A DNA stretch of 34,850 nt from a virus (lineage: Duplodnaviria; Caudoviricetes): IMG/VR virus record IMGVR_UViG_3300038673_000123, positions 1 through 34,850 of that record. One strand, 5' to 3'. A program made the position numbers and the translations under genes. This document shows positions 1 to 8,210 of this stretch, piece after piece. The notes under the pieces were generated by a model. That model had not been told where the DNA came from. It did no database searches and worked only from the letters and a program-made list of their open reading frames with translations. How positions within the stretch are numbered: the first letter of the stretch is position 1; each line of letters opens with the position of its first letter.

Positions 1-55
1 GGCGGCCCTTGCAGTCGCCCCATGCGTTTTCATAGTAACAGCCAGAGTGACACAT
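1..55 (-). CDS. Truncated small Cys-containing ORF (MCHSGCYYENAWGDCKGR...) running off the window
   Basis: ATG at 55-53 overlaps the TGA of the upstream exonuclease (TGATG coupling). Confidence 0.45.
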   Translation of the reverse strand, partial: MCHSGCYYENAWGDCKGR

Positions 56-714
56 CACATCATCCCCGCTTTGATCTTCGTGTGGACTTCCCGCGCCAGT
101 GCCACGTCGCCCATGCAGTATTCGGCAATGCGGTCATACTCGCCAGACTTCCATGCGTCGTAGACTTTGCTTCCGTCGAGTCCGTTCGTCTTGCCTTCCA
201 GCCCCAGGAACTCGGCCACCTTGGAGAGCGAAACGTGGTCCTTGTAGTCCGTGGCCCACAGTTCCATCGTGTCCTCAACGTCCTTCGGGTAGCGGCCACG
301 CGGGATGACGCGGGCGAAGTCGTACAGCCCATACTTGATGCACTTGCGCCACAACCACGGGAGGTCAAAGTTCTTGACGTTGTGGCCGACCCAAGTCGGT
401 GCAAGACCGCGCTGCATCTTCGCCGTGGGCACGATGGCCTCTTGGACCATCTCAAGCAGTTCGCGTTCGTCAACGCCTTCGCCACGGATATGGCACTGCG
501 GCTTGTCACTGTTGTACGCCCATCCGACGGCAAGAATTTCTCCCTGCATAGAGTCGAGCGCCTGCTTGCGGTAAAGCTCCACCTGGTTTTCTTCAGCCCA
601 TGCGCGGATGGTTTCGGGCTTCTTCATGTTGCATGGTGCGTTCTCCATCAGCTCCTCGATGGATGGCATGACAGGGCCGGGGATCGTTTCGATGTCAATT
701 GTAATCTGGTGCAT
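55..714 (-). CDS. DEDDy 3'-5' exonuclease (PolB/DnaQ-like)
   Basis: ExoI IDIET, ExoII GHNVKNFDLP, ExoIII YCMGDV; AAGGAG RBS. Confidence 0.85.
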   Translation of the reverse strand: MHQITIDIETIPGPVMPSIEELMENAPCNMKKPETIRAWAEENQVELYRKQALDSMQGEILAVGWAYNSDKPQCHIRGEGVDERELLEMVQEAIVPTAKMQRGLAPTWVGHNVKNFDLPWLWRKCIKYGLYDFARVIPRGRYPKDVEDTMELWATDYKDHVSLSKVAEFLGLEGKTNGLDGSKVYDAWKSGEYDRIAEYCMGDVALAREVHTKIKAGMM

Positions 715-723
715 GGTGTCTCC

Positions 724-1659
724 TTATGCAGCGCGTTGCGCCGTGATGTTCTTGATGAGCCAGGTTGCCAGCGGCGTGGATAGGTCGCGCAGGGTATCGA
801 CAGGCTCAAATGGCTTGCACTGCCGTTTCGCAGCAGCCCGCAGCCGCTCGTTGATGTCATCCATCATCACCTCTTCCTCGTCGCCCGCGTAAAGCTCGGC
901 CAGATATTCGATGGGGTCCGTGATCGTCTGGGCCGGTGCAGCCGGTGCGGGCCGATGTGACGGGGCAGGCTCCTGCGCTTCGGCTCCACTTTCGAGCCAT
1001 TCGCGGAGTTTACGGCCTGTGTCTTCGCTGATACGGAAGGGGTCGTTGAAAAGGCGGGTTCGGTCCTTCGACTTGACAGCCAGATTGCCGTCTACTGTCA
1101 GGTCAAGAACTGCCGTGAATTCGTACTCGATGCCATCGCGCTGTTCCGGGGCCGCTCCCTGCTTCTCAATCGTCTTCTTGCCGTTACGTTCGCCTTCGAC
1201 GTAGACGGCCTTTGAGCGCATCGTGACGATGATGTGCAGGGGGCTATGCAGCATTGCGTCAATGAATCTGCGGTGACGCTTGTCGCCTTCATTCCATGCC
1301 GCGTAGGAATTGCCGCGAAACTTGGCGCGGGCAATGTTGTCCACGATTTCGAGCATCCCGCCTGCGCCCTTCCATTCATGGGTGATGCTGTCGATGATCA
1401 GGATGTCATATCCAGCCTTCGCAGCCGCATCCATGACCTCAATGAAGCGTTCCGGCTCGTAGGGCGGGCCAAGTTCCACAACATCGAAGTCCATCATGTC
1501 GGCGTACAGGGACGCGCTGCCGCGCTCCGTGTCGAGCACTGCGACCTTGCCGCCAATCCCCTTGGCGATTTGCAACGCTCCATACGTCTTGCCGCTTCCA
1601 CTTGTGCCGGACAGTGCGAGCCGCAGCTTCGCCTTCTTTCTCTCGGCCTTCTTAAACAT
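724..1659 (-). CDS. P-loop AAA ATPase, Sak4/AAA_24-like phage recombination protein
   Basis: Walker A GTSGSGKT, DTERGS, Walker B LIIDSITH; GGAGGA RBS favours ATG at 1659 over 1695. Confidence 0.85.
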   Translation of the reverse strand: MFKKAERKKAKLRLALSGTSGSGKTYGALQIAKGIGGKVAVLDTERGSASLYADMMDFDVVELGPPYEPERFIEVMDAAAKAGYDILIIDSITHEWKGAGGMLEIVDNIARAKFRGNSYAAWNEGDKRHRRFIDAMLHSPLHIIVTMRSKAVYVEGERNGKKTIEKQGAAPEQRDGIEYEFTAVLDLTVDGNLAVKSKDRTRLFNDPFRISEDTGRKLREWLESGAEAQEPAPSHRPAPAAPAQTITDPIEYLAELYAGDEEEVMMDDINERLRAAAKRQCKPFEPVDTLRDLSTPLATWLIKNITAQRAA

Positions 1660-1720
1660 TGTCATTCCTCCTGTGTTTCCCGCTTGCGCGGACATCCAAA
1701 CTCAGCCGCCTCTTGGTCCG

Positions 1721-1885
1721 TTATGATCGGCTCATCGTCGTACATGATGCCCTCCCGCTGTTTCTGCGTATCGCCCGCCGCAGTATCATCGCGGCCACCA
1801 GTGCGTGACCTGGCACTTCGACAACAGGCGCGGTCTTGGACAGGCCGGTTGCGGCCAAAATCACCTTGAGTTCGTGTCTGGTCAT
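1721..1885 (-). CDS. Small hypothetical protein (MTRHELKVILAATG..., 54 aa)
   Basis: Read by hand; GGAGGT RBS upstream; packed in the early operon. Confidence 0.45.
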   Translation of the reverse strand: MTRHELKVILAATGLSKTAPVVEVPGHALVAAMILRRAIRRNSGRASCTTMSRS

Positions 1886-1888
1886 GGC

Positions 1889-1966
1889 TCAAAACCTCCG
1901 AATGATAATATAAAGGGCCAGGCAGACGGCCAGTGCGCTTATTCCGTAGCAGCAAATGGGGATCAT
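1889..1966 (-). CDS. 25-aa hydrophobic peptide MIPICCYGISALAVCLALYIIIRRF
   Basis: ATGA-coupled to the upstream ORF; single TM-like stretch with basic C-terminus. Confidence 0.4.
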   Translation of the reverse strand: MIPICCYGISALAVCLALYIIIRRF

Positions 1967-2172
1967 ACAGCCCCCTTCTCTACGCGGGCGATTTCGGCCC
2001 GGAGCCGTCGCACATACTCGTCGGTCAGCCCGCCAGCATCACCGCCGCTCTGCACCCAGACTTCCGCCATCTCGCGCAACACCTGCGCGTCGGTCATCTG
2101 GTGGCGCGTGCTTGGCCTTGGGGCCAGCGCGTTCAAAAACCGCTTGTCAAAGTCGCTGTAGAAAAGGTTCAT
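1963..2172 (-). CDS. Hypothetical protein, first gene of the leftward early operon (69 aa)
   Basis: GGAGG RBS before ATG at 2172 (MNLFYSDF...). Confidence 0.65.
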   Translation of the reverse strand: MNLFYSDFDKRFLNALAPRPSTRHQMTDAQVLREMAEVWVQSGGDAGGLTDEYVRRLRAEIARVEKGAV

Positions 2173-2189
2173 ACCTGCCTCCGTTGTGC

Positions 2190-2532
2190 ATCGCGTCATC
2201 TGGTGGTGCGGCGTCCGTAGACGCCGGGAGAAGGAGGGTGGAAAGCCTGTGCAGATGCACCGCTCCGCACGGCCCGCCCGTTGCTCAATTATCCGGGGCT
2301 GGTATGCTGATGGCCCCGGCCTACACGGCGCGACGTAGCTTCTCATGCTCCACCGGATGACGCGATATTCAGTTGTCAAAGACTCCATCCCCTCCTCGCA
2401 TCCCCTCGGCCCTTGGATCGTCCCCCCAGTTCGGCGGGCTCGGCATCCGGCGTCGGTTCGTCGGTTCGGGCAACCACCCGGCTCCGACTTGGCATCCCCG
2501 TGGGGATGCGGTTTGGATTCCGTGTCGTTGTT
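2190..2532 (-). ncRNA. Structured 5' leader of the leftward early operon
   Basis: 17-bp inverted repeat 2190-2206/2350-2366; hairpins at 2210-2225 (cUACGg loop on - strand), 2293-2319 and 2492-2509. Confidence 0.55.
2366..2383 (-). promoter_or_regulatory. boxA-like antitermination element
   Basis: - strand GTCTTTGACAACTGAATA resembles the rrn/nut boxA (TCTTT-ACA) and extended rrn leader motif. Confidence 0.6.
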
Positions 2533-2538
2533 GATTGA

Positions 2539-2566
2539 AGAATACCAAACGGGCGAAAAAAGTCAA
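2539..2566 (-). promoter_or_regulatory. Leftward early sigma70 promoter
   Basis: TTGACT-16 nt-TATTCT with extended TG; followed by AATCAACAA, as in the promoter at 19383-19411. Confidence 0.6.
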
Positions 2567-2601
2567 TACGAAAGTATAAAAAAAGCAGGGCAAAAAAAGA
2601 T

Positions 2602-2630
2602 TTGCCAAGTCAGAGATACACAAGTATAAG
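2602..2630 (+). promoter_or_regulatory. Rightward early sigma70 promoter (leaderless transcript)
   Basis: TTGCCA-17 nt-TATAAG, 6 nt before ATG 2637. Confidence 0.65.
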
Positions 2631-2636
2631 GTGCCC

Positions 2637-2843
2637 ATGAGCAAGAACAACATCCGAAAAATCATCACTGACAGGGGGTTGACCGTGCCCGAAGCGGCGC
2701 GGTTGTGCGGCCTGCCCGTGCCCACGGTGTCGGCCCACTATTACGGACAGCGCAAGACGATGACGCTCCCGATTGCTGCGAAGTATGCCGAAGGGCTTGG
2801 CGTGGCGATGGAGGAAATAGTTTCTGGCGGAGACGCCGCATGA
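2637..2843 (+). CDS. Cro/XRE-family HTH regulator
   Basis: IRKIITDRGLTVPEAARLCGLPVPTVSAHYYG HTH pattern; divergent-promoter position. Confidence 0.8.
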   Translation: MSKNNIRKIITDRGLTVPEAARLCGLPVPTVSAHYYGQRKTMTLPIAAKYAEGLGVAMEEIVSGGDAA

Positions 2844-3004
2844 ACATCTTCGCCATCTACGCCAGCGCATCCGACGACGAACCCTTCGTCCGCACCTGGG
2901 CCGACGATCCGGTCACGGCATTGGAACTGGTCCGGTGCAGTGCGTGGTGCTGCCAACAACTGACTGAGACGGCTTATGCCGAGAGGGTGGAGGAACTGCT
3001 GTGA
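2840..3004 (+). CDS. Small hypothetical protein (MNIFAIYAS...)
   Basis: Start and stop overlaps with both neighbours. Confidence 0.55.
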   Translation: MNIFAIYASASDDEPFVRTWADDPVTALELVRCSAWCCQQLTETAYAERVEELL

Positions 3005-3234
3005 GCGACGCTCCCGAATCCGCCAAGACCCAGTGTGAGCGCCTGCTCGAACACCTCAAACTCGGCCTGCCGTTGACGCATCGCAAAGCCGAGATCGGCT
3101 ATGGGGTCCAGCGTCTTGCCGCACGCATGTACGATTTGAAGCAGCTCGGCCACCAGATCGAAAAGCGGATGGTGGAGGTGCCGACGAGGGATGGGAGGCG
3201 GGCGAGGGTGGCGGAATATTTTCTACAGGCATGA
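3001..3234 (+). CDS. Winged-helix DNA-binding protein (HTH_39-like)
   Basis: TQCERLLEHL...RLAARMYDLKQLGHQI...VAEY pattern; GGAGG RBS. Confidence 0.75.
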   Translation: MSDAPESAKTQCERLLEHLKLGLPLTHRKAEIGYGVQRLAARMYDLKQLGHQIEKRMVEVPTRDGRRARVAEYFLQA

Positions 3235-3269
3235 AAAAAGCCCCGGCGCTGTGACGAGCAATCCGGGGC
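3234..3269 (-). terminator. Rho-independent terminator on the antisense strand
   Basis: GCCCCGG/CCGGGGC stem (3240-3246/3263-3269) preceded by A6 on + (U6 on -). Confidence 0.5.
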
Positions 3270-3292
3270 GAAACAAAAAGGACGGGAAAACG

Positions 3293-5581
3293 ATGTACCA
3301 AGAAAACGGCAATGTCAAGAGCTACACGGACTTCTTGGCTGAGAAGGTTGTCTCTGCGCAACCACTCGGCTTCGACGTGGCAATCGAGGACCTCAACCCC
3401 GCGTTGTTCGACTGGCAAAAGGTGGTCGTGCAGTGGGCAATCAAACGTGGCCGCGCTGCGCTGTTTGAGGCGTGTGGGCTCGGCAAAACCCTGCAACAAC
3501 TCGAATGGGCGCACCAGGTCCACCGATTGACCGGCGGCGACGTGCTCATTCTCGCCCCCCTGGCCGTGTCTTCGCAGACCGTGCGCGAAGGGGCAAAGTT
3601 TGGCATCACGGTCAACAAGTGCCGCAAGCAGTCAGATGTGCGTCCAGGCGTCAATATCGCCAACTACGAGATGCTTGACCACTTCGACGCATCCCACTTC
3701 GCGGGAGTCGTGCTGGACGAATCGTCCATCCTTAAGGGATTCACCGGCAAGATGCGCAACCAGATATGCGCGGCCTTCGCTAATACCCCGTACAGGCTCG
3801 CCTGCACTGCGACACCGGCACCGAATGACCACATGGAACTGGGCAACCATTCCGAGTTCCTAGGCATCATGCCCAACGTCAACATGCTCTCGACATGGTT
3901 CGTCAATGACGGATTCGAGGCTGGCAAATGGCGGCTCAAGGGCCACGCGGCATCCGATTTCTGGCGTTGGGTTTCGACATGGGCAGTCTGTCTTTCCAAG
4001 CCTTCCGACATGGGATTTGATGATGCCGGATACAAACTCCCAGAACTGCGCACAATCAAGCATCACGTCGGTGAAGAGTTCGAGTGCAAGGGCGGCCAAC
4101 TCATCCGCACGCACGCCCCGAGCGCCACGGACCTGGGCCGGGAGCTTCGCGCAACCATCGACATCAGAGCCGACAAGACCGCAGAAATTGCCGCGTCCAC
4201 CGAAGGCCCGGTCCTGATTTGGGTCAACCTCAACGACGAGGCAGAATCCGTCCTGGCTCGCATACCCGAGGCAAAGCAAATCACCGGCTCCATGAGTACG
4301 GACGCCAAAGAGCAAGTCATTTCCGACTTCGTGGATGGGCGTCTGCGCGTGCTCATCGGCAAGCCTTCCATCTGCGGTTTCGGCATGAACTTCCAGCACT
4401 GCGCCGACATGGTTTTCATGGGGCTGTCCTACTCGTTTGAGCAGCGCTACCAGGCCGTGCGCCGGTGCTGGCGATTCGGCCAGACTCGGCCGGTCAATGA
4501 CCATGTTGTGATGAGCGCGTCTGAAGCCAAGATTTTTGAGAAGGTCCACCAGAAGGAGTTGAAGCACATGGAGATGGAGCAGGAAATGAGCGTTGACGTT
4601 GCCTTGACTCACGAAGCCCGTAATCAGTCACAGGGCATGGAGTACCAGCGACGTGAAGTCAGGGGCAAGGACTGGACGCTCGTGAACGGCGATTCCTGCA
4701 AAGAGATCCAAAACATCGAATCCGACTCCATGGGATTTTCCATCTTCTCCCCGCCGTTCTCGTCTTTGTTCGTCTACTCCGATTCCATCCGCGACATGGG
4801 CAACTGTGAATCCGACGAACAGTTCTTTCAGCACTTCGCGTTCCTCGTTCCTGAACTCCTGCGCATCACTATGCCGGGGAGGTTGTGCGCCGTCCATTGC
4901 TCCCAGATTCCGGCCCACAAATGGAAGGACGGAGAGATGGGGCTGAAGGATTTTCGCGGCGACATCATCCGCACATTTCAAAAGGCCGGATGGGTCTATC
5001 ACTCCGAGGTTTGCATCTGGAAGGACCCGGTAGTCGAGATGCAGCGCACAAAGGCGCTCGGGCTCCTGCACAAGCAAATCAAAAAGAACTCGGCAATGTC
5101 CCGCGTTGGGATGCCTGATTACCTAGTTGTCTTCCGCAAGCCGGGTGAAGTCGTCGCCCCTGTCGAACGCCCCAACGGATTCAACCCACGCGCCTACATC
5201 GGAACCGAGGGCGAAGAGTGTCAGACGAGCATCGACGTGTGGCAGAGATACGCTTCCCCTGTCTGGCACGACATCAACCAGACCAACGTCCTCAATGTCA
5301 GGGTGGCCAGGGCAGAGAAAGACGAGCGCCACCTGTGCCCGCTCCAACTCGACGTAATCGAAAGGGCAATCCACCTTTGGACCATCCCAGGGGATACGGT
5401 TTTTACTCCATTCCTGGGCATCGGTTCAGAGGTTTACAGCGCCGTCAAACTCGGGCGCAAGGGCTACGGAATTGAACTCAAACCCGAGTATTTCAACCAG
5501 GCCGTGCAGAATCTCAAGTCCCTGGATGCTGACAAGCGCCACCTGTCCCTCTTGTCCCTCATGCAGTCGGAGGTGGCGTAA
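3293..5581 (+). CDS. SNF2-type helicase fused to a beta-class N4/N6 DNA methyltransferase
   Basis: CGLGKT, LDESS, TATP, QAVRRCWRFGQ helicase motifs; FSPPF catalytic motif then PFLGIGS SAM motif. Confidence 0.88.
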   Translation: MYQENGNVKSYTDFLAEKVVSAQPLGFDVAIEDLNPALFDWQKVVVQWAIKRGRAALFEACGLGKTLQQLEWAHQVHRLTGGDVLILAPLAVSSQTVREGAKFGITVNKCRKQSDVRPGVNIANYEMLDHFDASHFAGVVLDESSILKGFTGKMRNQICAAFANTPYRLACTATPAPNDHMELGNHSEFLGIMPNVNMLSTWFVNDGFEAGKWRLKGHAASDFWRWVSTWAVCLSKPSDMGFDDAGYKLPELRTIKHHVGEEFECKGGQLIRTHAPSATDLGRELRATIDIRADKTAEIAASTEGPVLIWVNLNDEAESVLARIPEAKQITGSMSTDAKEQVISDFVDGRLRVLIGKPSICGFGMNFQHCADMVFMGLSYSFEQRYQAVRRCWRFGQTRPVNDHVVMSASEAKIFEKVHQKELKHMEMEQEMSVDVALTHEARNQSQGMEYQRREVRGKDWTLVNGDSCKEIQNIESDSMGFSIFSPPFSSLFVYSDSIRDMGNCESDEQFFQHFAFLVPELLRITMPGRLCAVHCSQIPAHKWKDGEMGLKDFRGDIIRTFQKAGWVYHSEVCIWKDPVVEMQRTKALGLLHKQIKKNSAMSRVGMPDYLVVFRKPGEVVAPVERPNGFNPRAYIGTEGEECQTSIDVWQRYASPVWHDINQTNVLNVRVARAEKDERHLCPLQLDVIERAIHLWTIPGDTVFTPFLGIGSEVYSAVKLGRKGYGIELKPEYFNQAVQNLKSLDADKRHLSLLSLMQSEVA

Positions 5582-5911
5582 ATGAAAGTCTATCTCGCCA
5601 CGCCATACAGTCACGAAAATCCAGCTGTTCGCGAACTGCGATTCATGCGGATCAACGAGATTGCCGCGATGCTCATGGCCTCCGGTGTCCACGTTTACTC
5701 GCCAATCTCGCATACGCATCCCATAGCAGAGGCTGGCGACCTTCCGCAAGGATGGGACTTTTGGGAACAGTACGACCGCCATTTCATCGAATGGTGCGAC
5801 TCCCTTTATGTGTACTGCGCTGACGGGTGGAAAGAATCGAAGGGCGTCAATGCTGAAATTCAAATTGCACGCGAACTCGGGAAGCCGATTGTCTTCATGG
5901 GGGCGCGATGA
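5582..5911 (+). CDS. DUF1937-like, nucleoside 2-deoxyribosyltransferase-fold protein
   Basis: VYLATPYS...SPISHTH...WKESKGVNAEI pattern. Confidence 0.7.
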   Translation: MKVYLATPYSHENPAVRELRFMRINEIAAMLMASGVHVYSPISHTHPIAEAGDLPQGWDFWEQYDRHFIEWCDSLYVYCADGWKESKGVNAEIQIARELGKPIVFMGAR

Positions 5912-6795
5912 ACACAGACATCCGCATATCGGTATCCTTCCGCAATCATCGCAAGCGCAAGCGGCTGAAGATGGTTCTCGGTCCAGGCGCAACGGACTAT
6001 CTTCTGGACCTGTGGATTGCCACGGCGATGAATCGTCCTTCAGGCGTGCTGTACGACATGGACGCCGTGGACATCGCGCTTGACGCCGGATGGGATGGCG
6101 AGCCGGAAGAGTTTGTGGACGCGTTGATGAAGTGCGGATTCATGGACTTCGACGGCGAAACGTATTCAATGCACGACTGGGAAGACCATCAAGGCTATGT
6201 CGTTCATTCAGACGTGAGAAAAGAGAGGGCAAAGAAAGCTGCCGCAAAGCGATGGGAATGCAAGGGCAATGCGGACGCAATGCCGCAAGCATGCTCAGAG
6301 CATGCCGCAAGCATGCCGCAAGCATGCGGAGAGCATGCCCAAGGCAATGCCCCTTCTCCTGCTCCTATTCCTGCTCCTTCTCCTAATCCTAATCCTAATC
6401 CTGCTCCAAACGCACAAGACGCGGGCGCGCGCGTTGATCCGTCTCCGGCTGATTCAAAGCCCAAGTACGAGCCGGGACCCGCAATCACCGACTACTCGTT
6501 CGAGTTCGAGGAGCTTTGGGACCAGTACCCGCGCAAGGAAGCCAAGGGCGCGGCGTGGATTGCGTTCAAGGCCGCCAAGGCTGCGCACGCATACCCTGGC
6601 AATCCAATTGCTCTCCCGCTCATCTGCCAGTGGCGGGCGTCGCCGCAGTGGACCGACGACGGCGGACGATATGTGCCAAAGCTCTCGAACTGGATTCGGG
6701 ACAGGCGATGGGATGACGGGCCGCCCGAAGATGAGACGGCGAAAGTGGTGCGGCAGATGCGGGATCTGAAGGCGATGCAGGGGGTGAAGCAGTGA
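5908..6795 (+). CDS. Phage replication initiator (lambda O-like/replisome organiser)
   Basis: N-terminal wHTH (LLDLW..., HDWEDHQ), central repeats, C-terminal FEELWDQYPRKEAK...WIRDRRWDD domain. Confidence 0.8.
   Translation: MNTDIRISVSFRNHRKRKRLKMVLGPGATDYLLDLWIATAMNRPSGVLYDMDAVDIALDAGWDGEPEEFVDALMKCGFMDFDGETYSMHDWEDHQGYVVHSDVRKERAKKAAAKRWECKGNADAMPQACSEHAASMPQACGEHAQGNAPSPAPIPAPSPNPNPNPAPNAQDAGARVDPSPADSKPKYEPGPAITDYSFEFEELWDQYPRKEAKGAAWIAFKAAKAAHAYPGNPIALPLICQWRASPQWTDDGGRYVPKLSNWIRDRRWDDGPPEDETAKVVRQMRDLKAMQGVKQ
6256..6408 (+). repeat. Putative replication origin: 11-bp-phased iterons plus CCTnnT hexamer tract
   Basis: AGCATGC at 6288, 6299, 6310, 6321, 6332; GCAATGC at 6266, 6277, 6344; then pyrimidine-rich CCTnnT repeats. 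Confidence 0.75.
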
Positions 6796-7247
6796 ACGAC
6801 GTTGAGTTCTCACAAGCAGCGAATCACATAGCCGAGTTCCTTGGAGCGTCGGCACCGAGCGCAACCAAGCTCATGGCCTGGATGCCGAAGGTTGAAAACA
6901 TCCCGGCCGAGGCTGTCGGCTACATCATCGAGAAAATCACCGACGACGCCGACAGGATGCCAGCGAACCTGCCCAAGGCCTTTCGCCAGCACTTCCGCGC
7001 CTGGCAGATGGAGCACCCCGAGAAGGTGGCCCGTGTCGTTGAGCAAGGGTGCCGCGATTGCGAGCACGGCGTCCTGTTTCTCGAAAAGGACGGTCAGACC
7101 GCTGCCATCTTCTGTCAGTGCTACAGCGGCAATGCCGGATATCTTGGCCGCACGACGCTGGCGTACATGGAGCGTCAGGGGTGGCGGTCGACCAAAGGCG
7201 ACAAACTTGGGCCGGACTACGTAGAGAAGGCCGCGCTCAGGGCTTAA
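6792..7247 (+). CDS. Hypothetical replication-associated protein (possible helicase loader) with Zn-binding Cys
   Basis: Coupled to the initiator; CRDCEHG...CQC. Confidence 0.5.
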   Translation: MNDVEFSQAANHIAEFLGASAPSATKLMAWMPKVENIPAEAVGYIIEKITDDADRMPANLPKAFRQHFRAWQMEHPEKVARVVEQGCRDCEHGVLFLEKDGQTAAIFCQCYSGNAGYLGRTTLAYMERQGWRSTKGDKLGPDYVEKAALRA

Positions 7248-7266
7248 ATGGCGCAGGCGCAACGCG

Positions 7267-7488
7267 ATGATCGTCACCCGCACCAGGATCGATACGATGG
7301 CTACGAAGACAGATGCTCCGAGTCCTGGTGATGCGTGCCGCGACTGTAATTCCTGGACCGGCAAACACTGCGGCCACGCTGTCCTCTACGGCCCAGGCGC
7401 GTGCTGGCGGCGGGACGGGAGGCCGGAGAGGAAGGTGGGGCTGGAGGGGTGTGAGAGTCCGTATGCGGAAACCGAACAGGAGTTTTGA
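7267..7488 (+). CDS. Small Cys-rich hypothetical protein
   Basis: CRDC...HC...C...C; packed in the operon. Confidence 0.5.
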   Translation: MIVTRTRIDTMATKTDAPSPGDACRDCNSWTGKHCGHAVLYGPGACWRRDGRPERKVGLEGCESPYAETEQEF

Positions 7489-7490
7489 AG

Positions 7491-7658
7491 ATGAGCATGA
7501 GCAAGACGCTGAAGTGGGAAGAGGACTTTTCGTGGAAGTGCGGGATTTGCGGGAAGAAACGCCGCGACGTTCAGCCGGTGCAAGACTTCGAGGTGGGGGA
7601 TGCCTGCCCCGAGCACTACGAGGGAATCGAGGTTGATAATGCCGTCGTCGCAGAGTGA
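7491..7658 (+). CDS. Small zinc-finger protein (MSMSKTLKWEEDFSWKCGICG...CPEH, 55 aa)
   Basis: Read by hand; AGGAG RBS; CxxC...CxxH. Confidence 0.55.
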   Translation: MSMSKTLKWEEDFSWKCGICGKKRRDVQPVQDFEVGDACPEHYEGIEVDNAVVAE

Positions 7659-8025
7659 TCTTCAAGCCATAGTCGCGCACTGGCAGCCCCTTCTCGGTCT
7701 CCACTCCTGGGACATCCGCGCCGAATACGCTCCGCGACACGAGATCGAAGCCGCAGCAACTGGCAACGTCAAAGCGCACATGGAGAGAGCCACGATCAAG
7801 GTGCAGCGCGATTGTGACCGTGACTGCGACGGAGAGGACGCGGAACTGGATCTGCTTCACGAGCTTATCCATATCCGGCTGTGGGCCATCGACCCGAACG
7901 AAGCGGACGAGGTGACGCACAAGTGCCGTGAGGCTGCTGTGGAGTGGATAGCAAGGGCGCTTTACGTGGCGAGGCATGGTGTTGCTCCGTGGGTGAGTCC
8001 GTATGCGGGAGGTGGGGAAGGATGA
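7639..8025 (+). CDS. HExxH zincin-like hypothetical protein
   Basis: LLHELIH followed by a downstream E (CREAAV); GAGGT RBS. Confidence 0.6.
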   Translation: MPSSQSDLQAIVAHWQPLLGLHSWDIRAEYAPRHEIEAAATGNVKAHMERATIKVQRDCDRDCDGEDAELDLLHELIHIRLWAIDPNEADEVTHKCREAAVEWIARALYVARHGVAPWVSPYAGGGEG

Positions 8026-8210
8026 GGAATCTAGTTCGGTATCCGCTCAGTGCAGCGAAAATATCTATCGACATCATGCCGTTCGGGTTTTGGCTGAAGC
8101 CAGAGTTCACGCACAGAAAAGACATGCCCGAGTACATCAGGGAGGGAGGCGCGGTAATCTGGTGGGCACGGTGGGCATGGTTTCAAATCTCATACAGCAG
8201 GTGGGTATGA
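8022..8210 (+). CDS. Small Trp-rich hypothetical protein
   Basis: ATGA overlaps on both sides. Confidence 0.5.
   Translation: MRNLVRYPLSAAKISIDIMPFGFWLKPEFTHRKDMPEYIREGGAVIWWARWAWFQISYSRWV

Noticed and set aside
22-783. 253-aa + strand ORF
   Set aside because: Antisense shadow of the exonuclease gene.
2175-2535. tRNA gene in the structured leader
   Set aside because: No cloverleaf with properly placed D and T loops or CCA end could be built by eye.
6256-6408. Short repeats as a CRISPR array
   Set aside because: 11-bp period with no unique spacers; lies inside the initiator gene and fits iterons.
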